Counted from the stretch's first letter, positions 39,701 through 50,500 are shown. The stretch is DNA of 64,000 bases from Candidatus Marinacidobacterales bacterium (GCA_965226495.1 OZ245365.1:3072001-3136000); one strand, 5' to 3'. Made by a program: numbers and translations. Notes: a model not told the origin generated them from the sequence alone.

Positions 39701-42700
39701 GTACGTGAAGCTCGTCGCGGTCTCGACTAGCGAACCCAGGCCGTCCGTCCGGTCAATCAGACGATTGGCTCCGTCGTAGCCGAACTGGGTCTGGTTGCCG
39801 TTGGCGTCGGTGCTGAGAGTACGGTTGTTGTTGCCGTCGTATTCATGCTGCTCGAGCGTGATACCCGCCCGAGTGACCGAGACTAGCCTTCCCAGAGCAT
39901 CAAGCTGGGTCGTATTCACGATCCCTCGCTTGTCGGTTTCAATGACCTGACGATCCGCGTCCTCGTAAACGGTGTTGAGCTCCCGATCCAAGGCATCCGT
40001 CACCTTGGTGAGTCGATTGAGGCCATCGTATTCAAACTTGGTGACGAACTTTCGCTTATCCGTCTCTTCCCGCTTGTTCACACCGTCGTAGACGAAAACC
40101 TGCTCGTTCCCATCCGGGTCCTCGATCCGCGTGACTCTCTCCTGGCCGTCCATCTCGAAGGTAGTCACAAAGCCACGGGCATCCCGCTCGAGTCTCTTTA
40201 CGTTGACGTCATCGTAGGTAATAACGGTCGTCGAGGGCACCCCGGTGAGGCTCGGCACCACCTCGCTCCCGGTGAGGCGGCCCAGGTTGTCGTAGGAGAA
40301 GTTCATCACCACGTCCCGGCGGTCTTTCTCGAACGTCTTGTTCCCTTCCCCGTCGTAGTCGAACTCCGTCACCAAACTGAGGGGATGCTCGATCCGCTTC
40401 AAGCGATTGAGGCCGTCGTAGACGAAATCCGTGACCCGGCCTTCCGCATCCCGGGTTTGTCTCAGGTTCCCGGTTCCGTCGTAAAAGTTTGTAGTGATGA
40501 GGTCTTCCGTTCCCGTCTCCCGAGTGACCTGGTGCACACGGTCGAATCCATCCATCCCCGTCGTGGTCTGGAATCCGCGCGGATCGGTCGCGGTTACCCT
40601 GTGAGCCGGGTCCTCGTACTCGAAGACGCTCACGTTGCTGAAATCATCTATGGCGGAGCCGACCGTACGTAGCGTCGGTCGATTGAGGAAGTCGTACTCC
40701 ATCTCCGTCTTGAGTCCACGCGTCAGATCCTCTTCGAGCGTCTGGTTGCCGCTTTCGTCATAGTCGAACTGGACTTGGTTGCCCTCGGGATCGGTAAGGA
40801 GCTTTAATCGATTCAGGTCATCGTACTCAAATACCCCCACTCTCTCGTTCGCATCGGACTCCGTCAGCTTATTCCCCACCCGGTCGTAGGTGAACGTCTC
40901 CTCATGCTCTGTGGAAAGACGCCTGGTTCTCAACCGGTAGAGCTCGTCATAGATGAACTCCGTCTCGTGACCATGCACGTCGGTCTCGAACCGCTTGTTC
41001 CCGACGTCGTCATAGGCGAACTCGGATACCACCTGAGGCGGACTGAAAGGACCTTCCACCTCGACCGTCTCCAGGCGATTGAGGTCATCGTAGGTGTTGA
41101 TGGTCCTGACCCCGCGGCGGTCTGTCATGCCAGTGAGATTGCCGTTCCCGTCGTAGAACATCTCGGTGACGAAGCCCAATGCATCTTCAGTACGTTCGAC
41201 ACGGTTCAGATCATCCAGGAAGAACTCGGTCGTGAGGTTGAGCCCATTGGTCTCGGTGCGAACTTGGCCACCGGGGTGGTAGGTCCGCTTAATAACCTCC
41301 TCGGCCGAAGACCCCTTGCCGTCCGTCCTTCGCATCGTCTCCACCCGGTCCAGCTCATCGAAATCCTGGGTCATGCTGCGACCGAAGGTGTCGGAGCTCG
41401 ATCGGAGGCGGCTTCGCTCGTCGTAGACGTTGGTGGTCACGTTGCTCAGCGGATCCGTGACCGTCTCCGGATTCCCAAAAGGATCGTAGACAAACTCAGT
41501 GACCATCCCGTCGCGAGGACCTTGCTGCAACTCGAGGTCGCCGGTATCGGGGACGTACTCGAACGTCGTGACGTTGAGCTCGGCGTCGGTGACCGTGAGC
41601 AAGTTGCCATTCGCAGGGTCAATCTCGAAAAGGGTTTCTCGGCCTTCGGCATCCACCTTGCGGGTCATCTTGTTGAAGATGGGGTCGTAGTTGAACTCGG
41701 TGATCACCTCCCCGAGCTCGGCGGTCTCGATAATCTCCTTGATGAGATTAGCATTGGTGTCGTACTCGAAGCGGGTGACGCGGCCGTTGGCATCGGTCTC
41801 CTTGAGCTTGGTGATGTCGTCGACGGCCCATTCCATCTTGGTAATAATGTCGCCCGGCTCATTAATCTCGAGCGGTGAACCGTTGCCGTTCAAGGTGTAT
41901 GTCGTCACGTTGCCGCGGGCGTCGGTGCCTCTGCTAATGAACTCCTGGTCGGTGACGACTCGGGTCCGGTCATAGACGAAGGACGTGGTGACGCCCTCTG
42001 GCTCGCGGACCTCTTTGACCCACTCGAACTTGTCTTGGACGAACAGCCCCTCCCCGCTCTCACCCGGAAAGACATCGTCATCCTCGAAATGGATGTAGAG
42101 AGTCCTGTTGCCGTTGGGATCGGTGGCCGCCGTCAGATTGTGGCGGTCCCGAACGTTTCCGATCGAGTACTCGTACTCCTCGACCCGCTCGTCTCGGGTG
42201 ACCTTGATGAGGTTGGCGAAGCTGTCGTATTCGTAAGTGACCTCGAGACCCAGGGGACCGGTGATCCGCCTCACTCGTGGCACACCGCGTACGTTTTCGT
42301 AGTCGAAGGTGAGCACGCGGCCCTCGCTGCCATCGGCAAACACCTCGCGAGCTTCCTCGAGGATGCGCTCGGAGTCATAGCTGAGCTGAATGCGGTTGCC
42401 ATTCGGGTCCTCGATAAAATCCAGAGTCGGCTTACCATCGAAGAGCGGATCGCCCTCGAAGAGCTCGATGTCCACGTAGTGGAAGCGGACACGGCCCTTG
42501 GTGAAGAAGTCGAAACTGCCGTCAGGATTTCGGCGGAGCTCGGTGTGGTAGCCCTTCTGCGGAATGAACTCATCGCCCACTTGGGTAAAGCGCTGACCGG
42601 AGCCGTCCCCTCCTCGGATGGTCCAAAAGCAATCCGTGATGACTAGGGTTGAAAAATAGTTGAGATTCCAACCGGCACCAAGGACGCCTTCGTCGGAGAC

Positions 42701-45700
42701 TCCAGAGCTCGAGTACGTGCGGACCACTTCGAGAGCGGGACCGCGCCCGGGGATGCGTACGTCGGTGGAAGAAGTCACAAGGTGACCGTCCAACAAGCCC
42801 ACGCCCTTCACGAAAGTCTGTCCGACAGGAAGCACATTGTCCGAGGATACTCGCACCGACAGTTTTCCCTGGACTTCCTCCGCTAATTCGGGCTCCGCGA
42901 CGGCCACAGCGGCGATTCGGAACTTGTGCGTGTCTGGCTTCGGTTCGAATACTCCGCTTTGATCGAAGCGGAACTCGAACCGCTCAAAGGGCACGGTTGC
43001 AGGGTCTTGTATTCCTCGGAACAGGACGTGCTCCACTTCGTCTATGGTGACCGTGATAAGAACGTCGGCCTCCTCGGTGAGGTGGTAGACGAGAAGCCCA
43101 GGCAGGAAGCAAGTCTGTTGGTTGATAGGGTCGACCTGGAACTCGAGATTACGTTGATGGACGACGTTGTACAGGAGCTTGCCGAAGGGATCTCGAAACG
43201 GCGTGGACCGCCTTTGGCCGGCGAGCCTCTCCACGACAAGCTCGGCCCGGTAGTCCTTGTTCAAGATGTCAGCTTCGAATCCGGTGTCGAGAACCGCCAG
43301 GCCTGCACCTTCCAAGCTGCTACCGTCGAGTCTGGCAACCTCTGTTTCGGCTTCCGTCTGTTTGTCGGTCTCGAAGAGGAGAATCTCAGCCTTTGTCCAG
43401 TCGATCTCGGTCGGTTGGATGAAGTACGCGAAGGCGGTGGGTCCGGACGTCGCGAATCGACCTTCTTGGACGGTTAGCAGGGGGGAAGGAGCTGGGATCG
43501 CACTATCAATGAACAGATTGAAGAGATTGAGGCGCTCTCTTTCCGAGCTCAGCTCGAACGAGGTGTCGGGGAGGAGCGCGATCTCGGCCTGATAGACCTT
43601 GCTGGGATCGAAGAAGATGTTGGGGCTGATCTCGACCGGCCCATCGGGAAGCTCGCTGAACACGTAGAGCGAGCCGTCCTGGAAGACACGGAGTTGCCGT
43701 CCTGGATTGAAAGAGCGGAGCATCGTGTCGACTTCGGTCGGAAGGATCTCGAAGGTGAGTTTGGGCTCGTCCTCCACGTGACCGTTGGCGTCGACGAATA
43801 TGGGATCGGGCTCTTGCGCCCGGAGCCTGACGGTGGCGCCCCAGACCGAGAATCCCGGCTCCTGAGGTGGGGAGGCACGGGTGAAGTCCACGAAACTAAC
43901 TTCTTCCGTGTCGGGGTCGACGACGGGGCGCGTGAGCTTCGCCGCTAGGACCCGGCTGCTGATCCTCCGCTCACCCGGCTCCGGCCCAAGAAAGAGCTTG
44001 GATTGGTAGGTCCCGTCCGGGCTGTCCGTGATCGCGCCCGGCTCAAAGTTCCCGGACCCATCGAGTAGCACGGGCTCGACGGTCGCTTCGGTGACCACGC
44101 GCTCCTTGAACCGACCCGTTCCGCGGAGCTCGGCCTTGCCTTGGGCGTTGGTGATGACCTCCCATTGTTCTTGGAAAGCTCGAAGTGTGTAAAAAATGTT
44201 GCTGGGAAGCTGAGAGCCGGCCTCGCCCATCCAAAGATGCTCGCCATTCGGCAGGTTCACACCGCGTTTCGCGAAGAAAACCTCAAGCCGTTCCCCAACC
44301 GGAAACGAAACGAGACCCGATCCGAAGTCTTTAGTATCCCGCACGAACTCCACTCGGGACTGGCCGAGCTTCGTGTCTTCGAGAAGCGCATTCGCGAAGT
44401 ATCGTGTAGCGTCGACATCGCCCACTTTGACGAACGTGAAAATGCCACCCGCTGCGGTCAGACCGCTCACCGCATCTGCGAATCCGTCGCCGAGCTGGAA
44501 CTGCGCGTTGGTGAACTCCGCGGGAAGCGGCCCGGCGCTGAAGCGCTCCGCGTCCCCCACGGTATAGGTGACTTCGATGTTCGATATCGGATTCCCAAAC
44601 TGATCCACCGCTTCTGCCCACAGTGGGACCGCAGAAACGGTGAGCGGTGGGCGCGGGGCGTCGCTCGTACCGGAGACCAGTCGCAGCCGCGCGTGACGGC
44701 CGTCGGCATCTTCTTCGGCATCGGGGAAAGCGAAAGCAACGAGGGGCTCTTCGAGCGCTACATCCCCGCTTTCGGCCGTCACCGAGTACAAACCGACCTG
44801 GGTCATAAAGGTGTCCGACGGCTTGCCCAGGACGAACCGTGGTCTCAGGCGCGTACTCGGGCCGAGGACGAACCGTGCTCGTGCGAAGCCTCCCTGCGTG
44901 GGAACGGTAATGAGTTGGCCCTGTTCGGTCGCATCGAGAGACGCCAGGACACTCCCCGGCTCGAGTGCCCGAAACGTGATGGACGCACCGTCCGCAACCG
45001 GGTTGCCATCGATGTCGGTGACAAAGACCTCGAGCGGGAACTCGAGCTCTTGTGCCACAATCCCTTCCTGAAAGTCCCCTTCGGAGACCTTGACGATGGC
45101 GGCGACCTTCTCGCTCGGGTCTTCCTGAGACTCTTCCGGATCGGTGAGCGCGTCGGCGGTGTCGGGCGGGAAGTCTTCCGGAGGCACCGCGGAGGAACCT
45201 CCTGCGATGACGCCCGAGAGAAGATAAGCACTTTCGCCGCTCACCGGATCCCGGGCCACGAAACCGCCTCCCGTCCACGCCAGCAGCGTGACATCGGTGG
45301 CGGGCGCGGTGACCAGCCGGCCGAGATGAACTTGGGTGCGAATGGCGTCTTCGAGAGCCGGTTCGAGCGTGATCTCGGCCAGCGCGTCGTCGACGTTGCT
45401 GGCGTCGATGTCTTTGACCTCGATGCCGGTGGCGTTCGCCAGACGAATGAGCTTCAAGGTTGAGATGGAAGTGACACCGAGATCGTCTTCGAGAACGCGA
45501 CTTTCGAGATCGGAGCCGACGAGCCCGGACAAGAGGAAGAAGTCGCGCGTCGCGTCATCGTCCTCCTCGGCCGCCACGGGAGCGCTCGGTCGCAGATCGG
45601 CGTCGACATCCACGCCCTTCCACTCGAAGGTGAGCGCAATCAGACTCTCATCGGTCGCGTAGTCGACCTCGATGTGGTTTTTCACCATGACATGGCTAGG

Positions 45701-47524
45701 AAGAGGACGCAGGTTGATGACTCGGGTGAGCCCGGCGAGATGGTCATCGGCTTCATTCCAGCGCTTCAGGTAGTTGAGCGCCCGTTGGCTCAGAATCTCG
45801 CCGGCGCGGGCTTCTGCGGCTTCTTGGAAGGTCGGGGCGCGGCCGGATAATGCGATGGCCGCGTAAGCGCCGGCGATCATCTCGTTTTCGAAATCGAGGC
45901 TCCCTGCTGGGGCCTGGAACTCCACGGTCAAGTCGAACGGCAGGCCCATGCCGATGGGATTGCCGGAAGCGACGACCAAGCCGGCCGAGCGGATGACGGG
46001 CCGTACTTCGATGAGATAAGGCGGCGTGAGGTAGATACTTCCGAAGGCGTTCGAGGTTTCACGATCCTCTGGGGTCGCCGCCACATACGAGAGTGTCAGG
46101 CGCCGACCAAGAAGCCGCGAGGCGGGGAAGCTGGCATCCAGGATGACGTCGCCTTGTCGGTTTCTCGCCAGAAACTGAATGCGATGCTCGAGATCAAACG
46201 GGGCTTCAAACGAGACACCGTTCACGGAGACGATGTCGTACGGGAGGCTGGCCGGGAGCAGGCCGTAAACCTCGGGTTGCGGGTCGACGCGTCTCAGAGC
46301 GTCCTCGAAGCCCGTGCCGGGAAGATTGGCATCGAGGTAGTCGCTCACTTGAGAGCCAAGAGCCTCGAGCGGATCCTCCAACGGATCGGCGACGAACGAC
46401 TCGTCGACAAACGCGCCGGCGTCGAAGCCCATCCCCTCGAGCACCCGGATCCCTTCGTCGATATCATGGAACTTGAAGCTGGCATCGAGCGGGATCCAAC
46501 GTTTTCCTTGATCGTCGAGTCCGGCTCCACGGTAGTTGGAGTAGGGCACGTAGGCTTCGGCCCAGATGTGCTCCATCTCGATGCCCGAGAGTACGCCGCC
46601 AGCCAGGACCGGCTCATAGGGAACCGCGGCGGCGGCGAGGGCTTGTTCCACCCTCTCCCGCTGTTCGACACCAAAGAGGTTCATGGCGGTGTCGATGGGA
46701 AGCTGGATGACGCCACGAACGAAACGAGCGGGGACACCTTCGGCCCGCAGGAGATCCACCAGGAACGCATTGATGTCGGCATCGTTGCCGCGGCCTTCGA
46801 GAAACGTCTGCTCGGAGCCTTTCATCGCGCCAAAGTAGAGCTCGTAACGCGTGTTGTTCTTGACGAACTCGTAGGCGGCGATGGGTCCGTCTAAAGATTC
46901 GGCAAGCTCTTGGATGCTATCGGGCACGCTCCCGATAAGCGAAGCCTCGGGTTTGTCGTCGGCGGCGATGGCGGCCGTCTCCGTCACGCCCGACTTGATC
47001 AGGGGCGGCGCTCTGAACTTGGGGGCACGGAGCGAAAGCTCTTGGGCGCTTAGGATGTCTTCGCGGGTAGCTCGCGCCAAGGGCTCGAGCATAGTCAAGC
47101 AGGCCTCGAGCTCGGCCTGGGTGGGTTGGCTTTGAAGCCGGTCGAGCCCTTCGAGAAGGGCTCCATGGCTGGCCTCGAAGGCGGCGCGGGCTCGCGCCAT
47201 CCTCTCGGAGGCGACACCGGTCAGACCGAGCCGAACGAGCCGTCGCTCAGTGTCGTCGAGGCGGGAGAGGAGGCGTCGGTAATGCCCATCGTACTGTGTG
47301 CGGAGACGTCCGAGCTCGGACCTGACGCGAGGCGACACGCCTTCGGCATCGAGCTGTTGGGAAATAGCCTCGAGACTCTCTTTCAAGCGATGAAGGTCCG
47401 GTCTTGTTTGGGCCCAGGCTTGGGTCCAGGCGGTGGAGCCTACGAGAAGCGTCGCCAGCATCACCGAGAGTACCGGCCCGCGCCTGACGTGCTTGCCCGG
47501 CTTGACCTGTTTCACAGGCATCAC
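36734..47524 (-). CDS. Giant Rhs/YD-repeat polymorphic toxin (3596 aa): signal peptide, transglutaminase-like domain, Ig-like stalk, Rhs cage, PD-(D/E)xK-like nuclease tip
   Basis: Signal ...AWTQAWA|Q; LLRAEGVPARFVRG...HIWAEAY...WIPLDASFK; DUF6531-like GHLV.S.TD..IPGRG..L.V.RTYSS; many YD repeats; FTG.EKD.ETGLIY..AR.YDP..GRFLTQD...PFRFVDPSG; tip RG..VH...PDAV...IIDDKP. Confidence 0.92.
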   Translation of the reverse strand: MMPVKQVKPGKHVRRGPVLSVMLATLLVGSTAWTQAWAQTRPDLHRLKESLEAISQQLDAEGVSPRVRSELGRLRTQYDGHYRRLLSRLDDTERRLVRLGLTGVASERMARARAAFEASHGALLEGLDRLQSQPTQAELEACLTMLEPLARATREDILSAQELSLRAPKFRAPPLIKSGVTETAAIAADDKPEASLIGSVPDSIQELAESLDGPIAAYEFVKNNTRYELYFGAMKGSEQTFLEGRGNDADINAFLVDLLRAEGVPARFVRGVIQLPIDTAMNLFGVEQRERVEQALAAAAVPYEPVLAGGVLSGIEMEHIWAEAYVPYSNYRGAGLDDQGKRWIPLDASFKFHDIDEGIRVLEGMGFDAGAFVDESFVADPLEDPLEALGSQVSDYLDANLPGTGFEDALRRVDPQPEVYGLLPASLPYDIVSVNGVSFEAPFDLEHRIQFLARNRQGDVILDASFPASRLLGRRLTLSYVAATPEDRETSNAFGSIYLTPPYLIEVRPVIRSAGLVVASGNPIGMGLPFDLTVEFQAPAGSLDFENEMIAGAYAAIALSGRAPTFQEAAEARAGEILSQRALNYLKRWNEADDHLAGLTRVINLRPLPSHVMVKNHIEVDYATDESLIALTFEWKGVDVDADLRPSAPVAAEEDDDATRDFFLLSGLVGSDLESRVLEDDLGVTSISTLKLIRLANATGIEVKDIDASNVDDALAEITLEPALEDAIRTQVHLGRLVTAPATDVTLLAWTGGGFVARDPVSGESAYLLSGVIAGGSSAVPPEDFPPDTADALTDPEESQEDPSEKVAAIVKVSEGDFQEGIVAQELEFPLEVFVTDIDGNPVADGASITFRALEPGSVLASLDATEQGQLITVPTQGGFARARFVLGPSTRLRPRFVLGKPSDTFMTQVGLYSVTAESGDVALEEPLVAFAFPDAEEDADGRHARLRLVSGTSDAPRPPLTVSAVPLWAEAVDQFGNPISNIEVTYTVGDAERFSAGPLPAEFTNAQFQLGDGFADAVSGLTAAGGIFTFVKVGDVDATRYFANALLEDTKLGQSRVEFVRDTKDFGSGLVSFPVGERLEVFFAKRGVNLPNGEHLWMGEAGSQLPSNIFYTLRAFQEQWEVITNAQGKAELRGTGRFKERVVTEATVEPVLLDGSGNFEPGAITDSPDGTYQSKLFLGPEPGERRISSRVLAAKLTRPVVDPDTEEVSFVDFTRASPPQEPGFSVWGATVRLRAQEPDPIFVDANGHVEDEPKLTFEILPTEVDTMLRSFNPGRQLRVFQDGSLYVFSELPDGPVEISPNIFFDPSKVYQAEIALLPDTSFELSSERERLNLFNLFIDSAIPAPSPLLTVQEGRFATSGPTAFAYFIQPTEIDWTKAEILLFETDKQTEAETEVARLDGSSLEGAGLAVLDTGFEADILNKDYRAELVVERLAGQRRSTPFRDPFGKLLYNVVHQRNLEFQVDPINQQTCFLPGLLVYHLTEEADVLITVTIDEVEHVLFRGIQDPATVPFERFEFRFDQSGVFEPKPDTHKFRIAAVAVAEPELAEEVQGKLSVRVSSDNVLPVGQTFVKGVGLLDGHLVTSSTDVRIPGRGPALEVVRTYSSSGVSDEGVLGAGWNLNYFSTLVITDCFWTIRGGDGSGQRFTQVGDEFIPQKGYHTELRRNPDGSFDFFTKGRVRFHYVDIELFEGDPLFDGKPTLDFIEDPNGNRIQLSYDSERILEEAREVFADGSEGRVLTFDYENVRGVPRVRRITGPLGLEVTYEYDSFANLIKVTRDERVEEYEYSIGNVRDRHNLTAATDPNGNRTLYIHFEDDDVFPGESGEGLFVQDKFEWVKEVREPEGVTTSFVYDRTRVVTDQEFISRGTDARGNVTTYTLNGNGSPLEINEPGDIITKMEWAVDDITKLKETDANGRVTRFEYDTNANLIKEIIETAELGEVITEFNYDPIFNKMTRKVDAEGRETLFEIDPANGNLLTVTDAELNVTTFEYVPDTGDLELQQGPRDGMVTEFVYDPFGNPETVTDPLSNVTTNVYDERSRLRSSSDTFGRSMTQDFDELDRVETMRRTDGKGSSAEEVIKRTYHPGGQVRTETNGLNLTTEFFLDDLNRVERTEDALGFVTEMFYDGNGNLTGMTDRRGVRTINTYDDLNRLETVEVEGPFSPPQVVSEFAYDDVGNKRFETDVHGHETEFIYDELYRLRTRRLSTEHEETFTYDRVGNKLTESDANERVGVFEYDDLNRLKLLTDPEGNQVQFDYDESGNQTLEEDLTRGLKTEMEYDFLNRPTLRTVGSAIDDFSNVSVFEYEDPAHRVTATDPRGFQTTTGMDGFDRVHQVTRETGTEDLITTNFYDGTGNLRQTRDAEGRVTDFVYDGLNRLKRIEHPLSLVTEFDYDGEGNKTFEKDRRDVVMNFSYDNLGRLTGSEVVPSLTGVPSTTVITYDDVNVKRLERDARGFVTTFEMDGQERVTRIEDPDGNEQVFVYDGVNKREETDKRKFVTKFEYDGLNRLTKVTDALDRELNTVYEDADRQVIETDKRGIVNTTQLDALGRLVSVTRAGITLEQHEYDGNNNRTLSTDANGNQTQFGYDGANRLIDRTDGLGSLVETATSFTYDRVGNLFTEKDGRVTGSPFDIKNTYDELNRLRFVEDGENNITEFEYDGEGNRKAQIEPEGQRTEFDYGELNELMEVRMADTGVFRYDYDENRNRIRQVDAEDNGVEFRYDNLNRLERMIQDPSGFNLITDHDYDPNGNETKLTDPKGQVIDFEYDELNRMEAKIYSLTPEDFELFTRTHRIDFGYDPNDNLIRVDELRSSGTDPPTVFIHNKTYDDLDRLETETDTFGKTLTYDYDDQGNRTLLRDPDNKETVYTYDVLNRLETLTTEGGQTVYTYFPDGLKETVTNPNATVSTFDYDAADRLTSIDHEGPGGTVSAYTYEYTPNGNRLSQIETNAGRNETTTYTYDPVNRLETVNYPVDTTFRNGRLVTYTYDPVGNRKTETDTDPVTTATLKDLTYDYGAINRLETITDNLDTTQNVLYEYDANGNTLSKTKAGVETRFLYSIRDQLGEVQQGASILGRYGYDFDGRRILKIGADGRRHYTYDQLSVITEADEDGITVSKYDYGLDQLVSLDNRNEGRSFFHLDILGSTVSLTDGSGSARESIFYDAWGNERERIGSSTNKFTFTGLEKDDETGLIYARARFYDPDIGRFLTQDNLLGDVNRPPTLHRYSYVMQSPFRFVDPSGRLPICLSCERSSQEESAQLELLRQQAIAFGGAVVGFGKVLASPFVLTFKASFNLTGALAFKASGGLPIFRPEALAVEQALNTAAFALENPGEFAKEVALAPIRNIDEALERGDVFGAATGAGELGGQLFFAYKAIQNLPKINFNATPAPATVVNAGGAAALRLGGVPSVSVTITGPGSSLPAGILLSSAASNAGDTESQPHVRAEGRNGNTQPKAATQSQGAKNSGNTESARRGTTVHAQLAAERRASKEFDVVNQRLRDTEGNPIRVPKRVDLKSGEPKASKGTQTVQPDAVSFGRRLIIDDKPLGRNITKDRQEIIRFIKAFEAREGALPDTIAITRYDPKTRLPVRTDLFKPSDFLPKK

Positions 47525-50500
47525 TCACACACCTGCTGCAGTCGGAAACCCTCGACATGAACTTTCGGATTTCCAATGGAAACGATCCCGAAGCTCCTCA
47601 CTCCGGCATCCAAAACGACGCGCACCGGCACCGTCCACTCGAAAGGACCTTGCCCGTTGACTGGATCGGCAAAGTCGAACTCTTGTCCGTTCTCGAAAAC
47701 CACTCTCAGGTTGGGCTGATTGGAACCGTTCGTGCCGCGCTGGAGTAGGAGCTGGAATTCATACATGCCCGCTTCGAGGAAAGGTGTTTGAACCACCAAG
47801 ACGCCGTCATTTTTCTTCACCCAATAGGAGTGCTTGGCGCCGCACGCACCGGGCCCCGAATGACCCACGTGCCCGTGCCGGGCCACGATCCACTTACTGA
47901 GCCCGGTCTTCTTGTGGAAGCCATCGTCCAGACAGAACTGTGAGACATCGGGGCAGGTCTCTTCGACGTCGCAGACGCCGTCTCCGTTCTCATCCCCGGA
48001 GATGCCGCTGTCGTGTCCGGAGAGCTCACCGACATGGAAGTTGTCCCACGCGGCGCGCGAGTGGTCGACAAACGCACCGATGGTCCCCCCGACAAAAGGA
48101 TGGTGACTATCCACCGCGTCGAGCCACCACTCGTTGAGCACCGTGCGCTCGGCGTCCACGAGCCTCAGGTGAGCGCGGATCGACGTCTCGCCCGATTGAT
48201 GCACGGTTTCGATCTCGAACTCGAAGAACTGTCCGTCCATGTCAGGCATGTCAGGCATGTCGGGGCGTTCGACCGAGGTCGAGGTCAAGGTGCTAGCCTT
48301 GCCTTTCTTGAACTTGACCAGCCTTGCCCGAGGATTATTGCAACCGGTGATCTCGAACCGATATTCGGTCTGGGCTTCCGGATCGGCGTAGAACGCGACG
48401 CCCGCGCCGAAGCAGGACTTTTTCTTCTTGTCCGTCCCGCCAAGGTTGCCCAGGTGGGCGAGCGTCAGGTCACCGCCGAACGCGTAATTCTGCCACGTGA
48501 GAGCCTCGCCCGAACCGACAAACAGGAGCGCTCCTTCACCGGGACGCCGGCTCTGCAGCACCTGGGACTCTGCGCCGCGGTCGACGGCGAAAAGAACGCC
48601 TTCGCGTCGGTGCCCATTGTCACTAGAATCGTCGTCGCTGGAATCGGCGTCACTCGAGTCGTCATCGGAACTGCTGTCATCGGAACTGCTGTCGTCGGAA
48701 CTGCTGTCGTCGTCCTTGTCCTTGTCGATGCGAAGCCACCAATCCGCTGGAGTGCTCCCGAGCAAGAAGCCCTCGAAGTCCTCGCGCCACTCCGGCGGAC
48801 ACACGCCTCCGATGAGGACCACGGTGAACTGGAAGGTATCGCTCCAAGGTCCTGGTAGACCGAGCTCGTCGATCGCTCGGGCCCGCCAGTAGTACGTGAC
48901 GTCCGGCGTGAGCTCGACGGGGACATCCCAACCCGTGGTGTCGTCGCCTTCTGTGACGTTCTCGACGTTCTCATCTTGGGCGATCAGGTCTTGGAATGCC
49001 GGGTCGGTGGCGATTTGGAAATGATAGTGAAGCGCCAAAAGATCGGGGCTGGTTGCGTTCTCCACCTCGAGCCGCACGGCGGTGCTCGCCACTTCGCTCT
49101 CATTGGCTGGCGCGATCGGTCTGGGGGCGGTTGGCTCATCACGGACTGCGTTGATGCGGAAACGGAAGAGGTCGCTCGGGTCGCTCTGGAGGAGTCCGTC
49201 GGTAGCGATGGCGTGCCAGTAGAAGACCCCGTTCTCGTTGAGGTCCTCGGTAACTTGCCACGTGGTTCGCGGATCGCCCTCGTCGATTTCCGGACTCTCG
49301 ATGACCAAGCTATTCCGATCGACATCCGAGAAGATCTGGAAGATGTAGCGGAGCACGTCGCCATCGGGATCGCCCGCGTTCTCCACTTCGAGCACCGGCG
49401 CGGCGATGTTCACTTCGGCGCCGTCGGCCGGGCTGACGGAAGTGGGACTCGCAGGGTTTTCATTGATGGCCGAAACGCGGAAGCTCGCCGTCGGCGTGAA
49501 CGGCCCGTCGAAGACACCGTCATTGGCTCGAGCGCGCCAGTAGTAAACGACGTTCTCATCCAGCGGCACGGGAATCTGCCATGAGGTCTTGTCGGGCTCT
49601 TCCACAATCTCCGGCGAGGCGACCACCAGGTCGGCCAGAAGCTCGTCGCGGTAAAGCTCAAAGCGGTAGGTCAACGGGTCCCCGTTGGGATCGGTGGCAT
49701 TGACGACCGTCAGAATGGGCTGGGGATCCGCGACTCGGCCACCGTCGGGTGGCGAATCAATAGACGGGGCCGTCGGCGTCTCGTTCATCGTGTTGACGCG
49801 GAAGGGCTCGGCCAGCGACCAGTCGCTCGCCGTCTCGTCGTCGTTGGCGCGGCAGCGCCAGAAGTACGAACGGCCGTTTTCGAGCTGAGGTGAAACCGCC
49901 CACCGCGTCTGGTCTTCGCCCTCGCGGATCCGATCGACGACCGCCACTCGTTCGGTCAATGCCTCGTCGGAATAAACCTCGAAATCATAGGTGAGTGTGT
50001 CGTCTTCTGGATCGGTGCTGTTCATGGCGGCCAGCGGTGGCGTGACGGTCTCTACGATGACGCCATCGGTAGGACTCTGAGGCGTGGGGCTCGAGGGACC
50101 TTGGTTGGCCTCATCGACCCGGAAGCTCACGATGTCGGACCAATCACCCACCGCCAGCCCGTCGGTGGCCCGAGCTCGCCAGAAGTAAACCACGTTCTCT
50201 GCCAGCGCTTCGGGCACCGGCCACCGAACTTTGTCTAGGTCGGGGTCCACGTCGGGCCCGCTAGGCCCGCTAGGCCCGCTAGGGAAGACGCCTTCGGCTC
50301 TCCGAACCGCCGGCGAGTCGAAGCGATCGGTGGTGTCGATCTCGAACGTATAGGTGAGCGGGTCCCCTTCGGGATCGTTAGATGGGCCGATAACCAGATC
50401 CGGCGACACCGTGGGTGACGTGCCGATCGGCGAGAGCGGCGTCGGTGCGGTCGGGGCCTGGTTGCCGGTATTGATCCGGAAAGAGGCTCTGGTCATCCAT

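Noticed and set aside
36734-47524. T6SS effector or Tc-toxin C subunit
   Set aside because: No PAAR, VgrG or SpvB/TcB-type N-terminus and no such neighbours; a signal peptide is present
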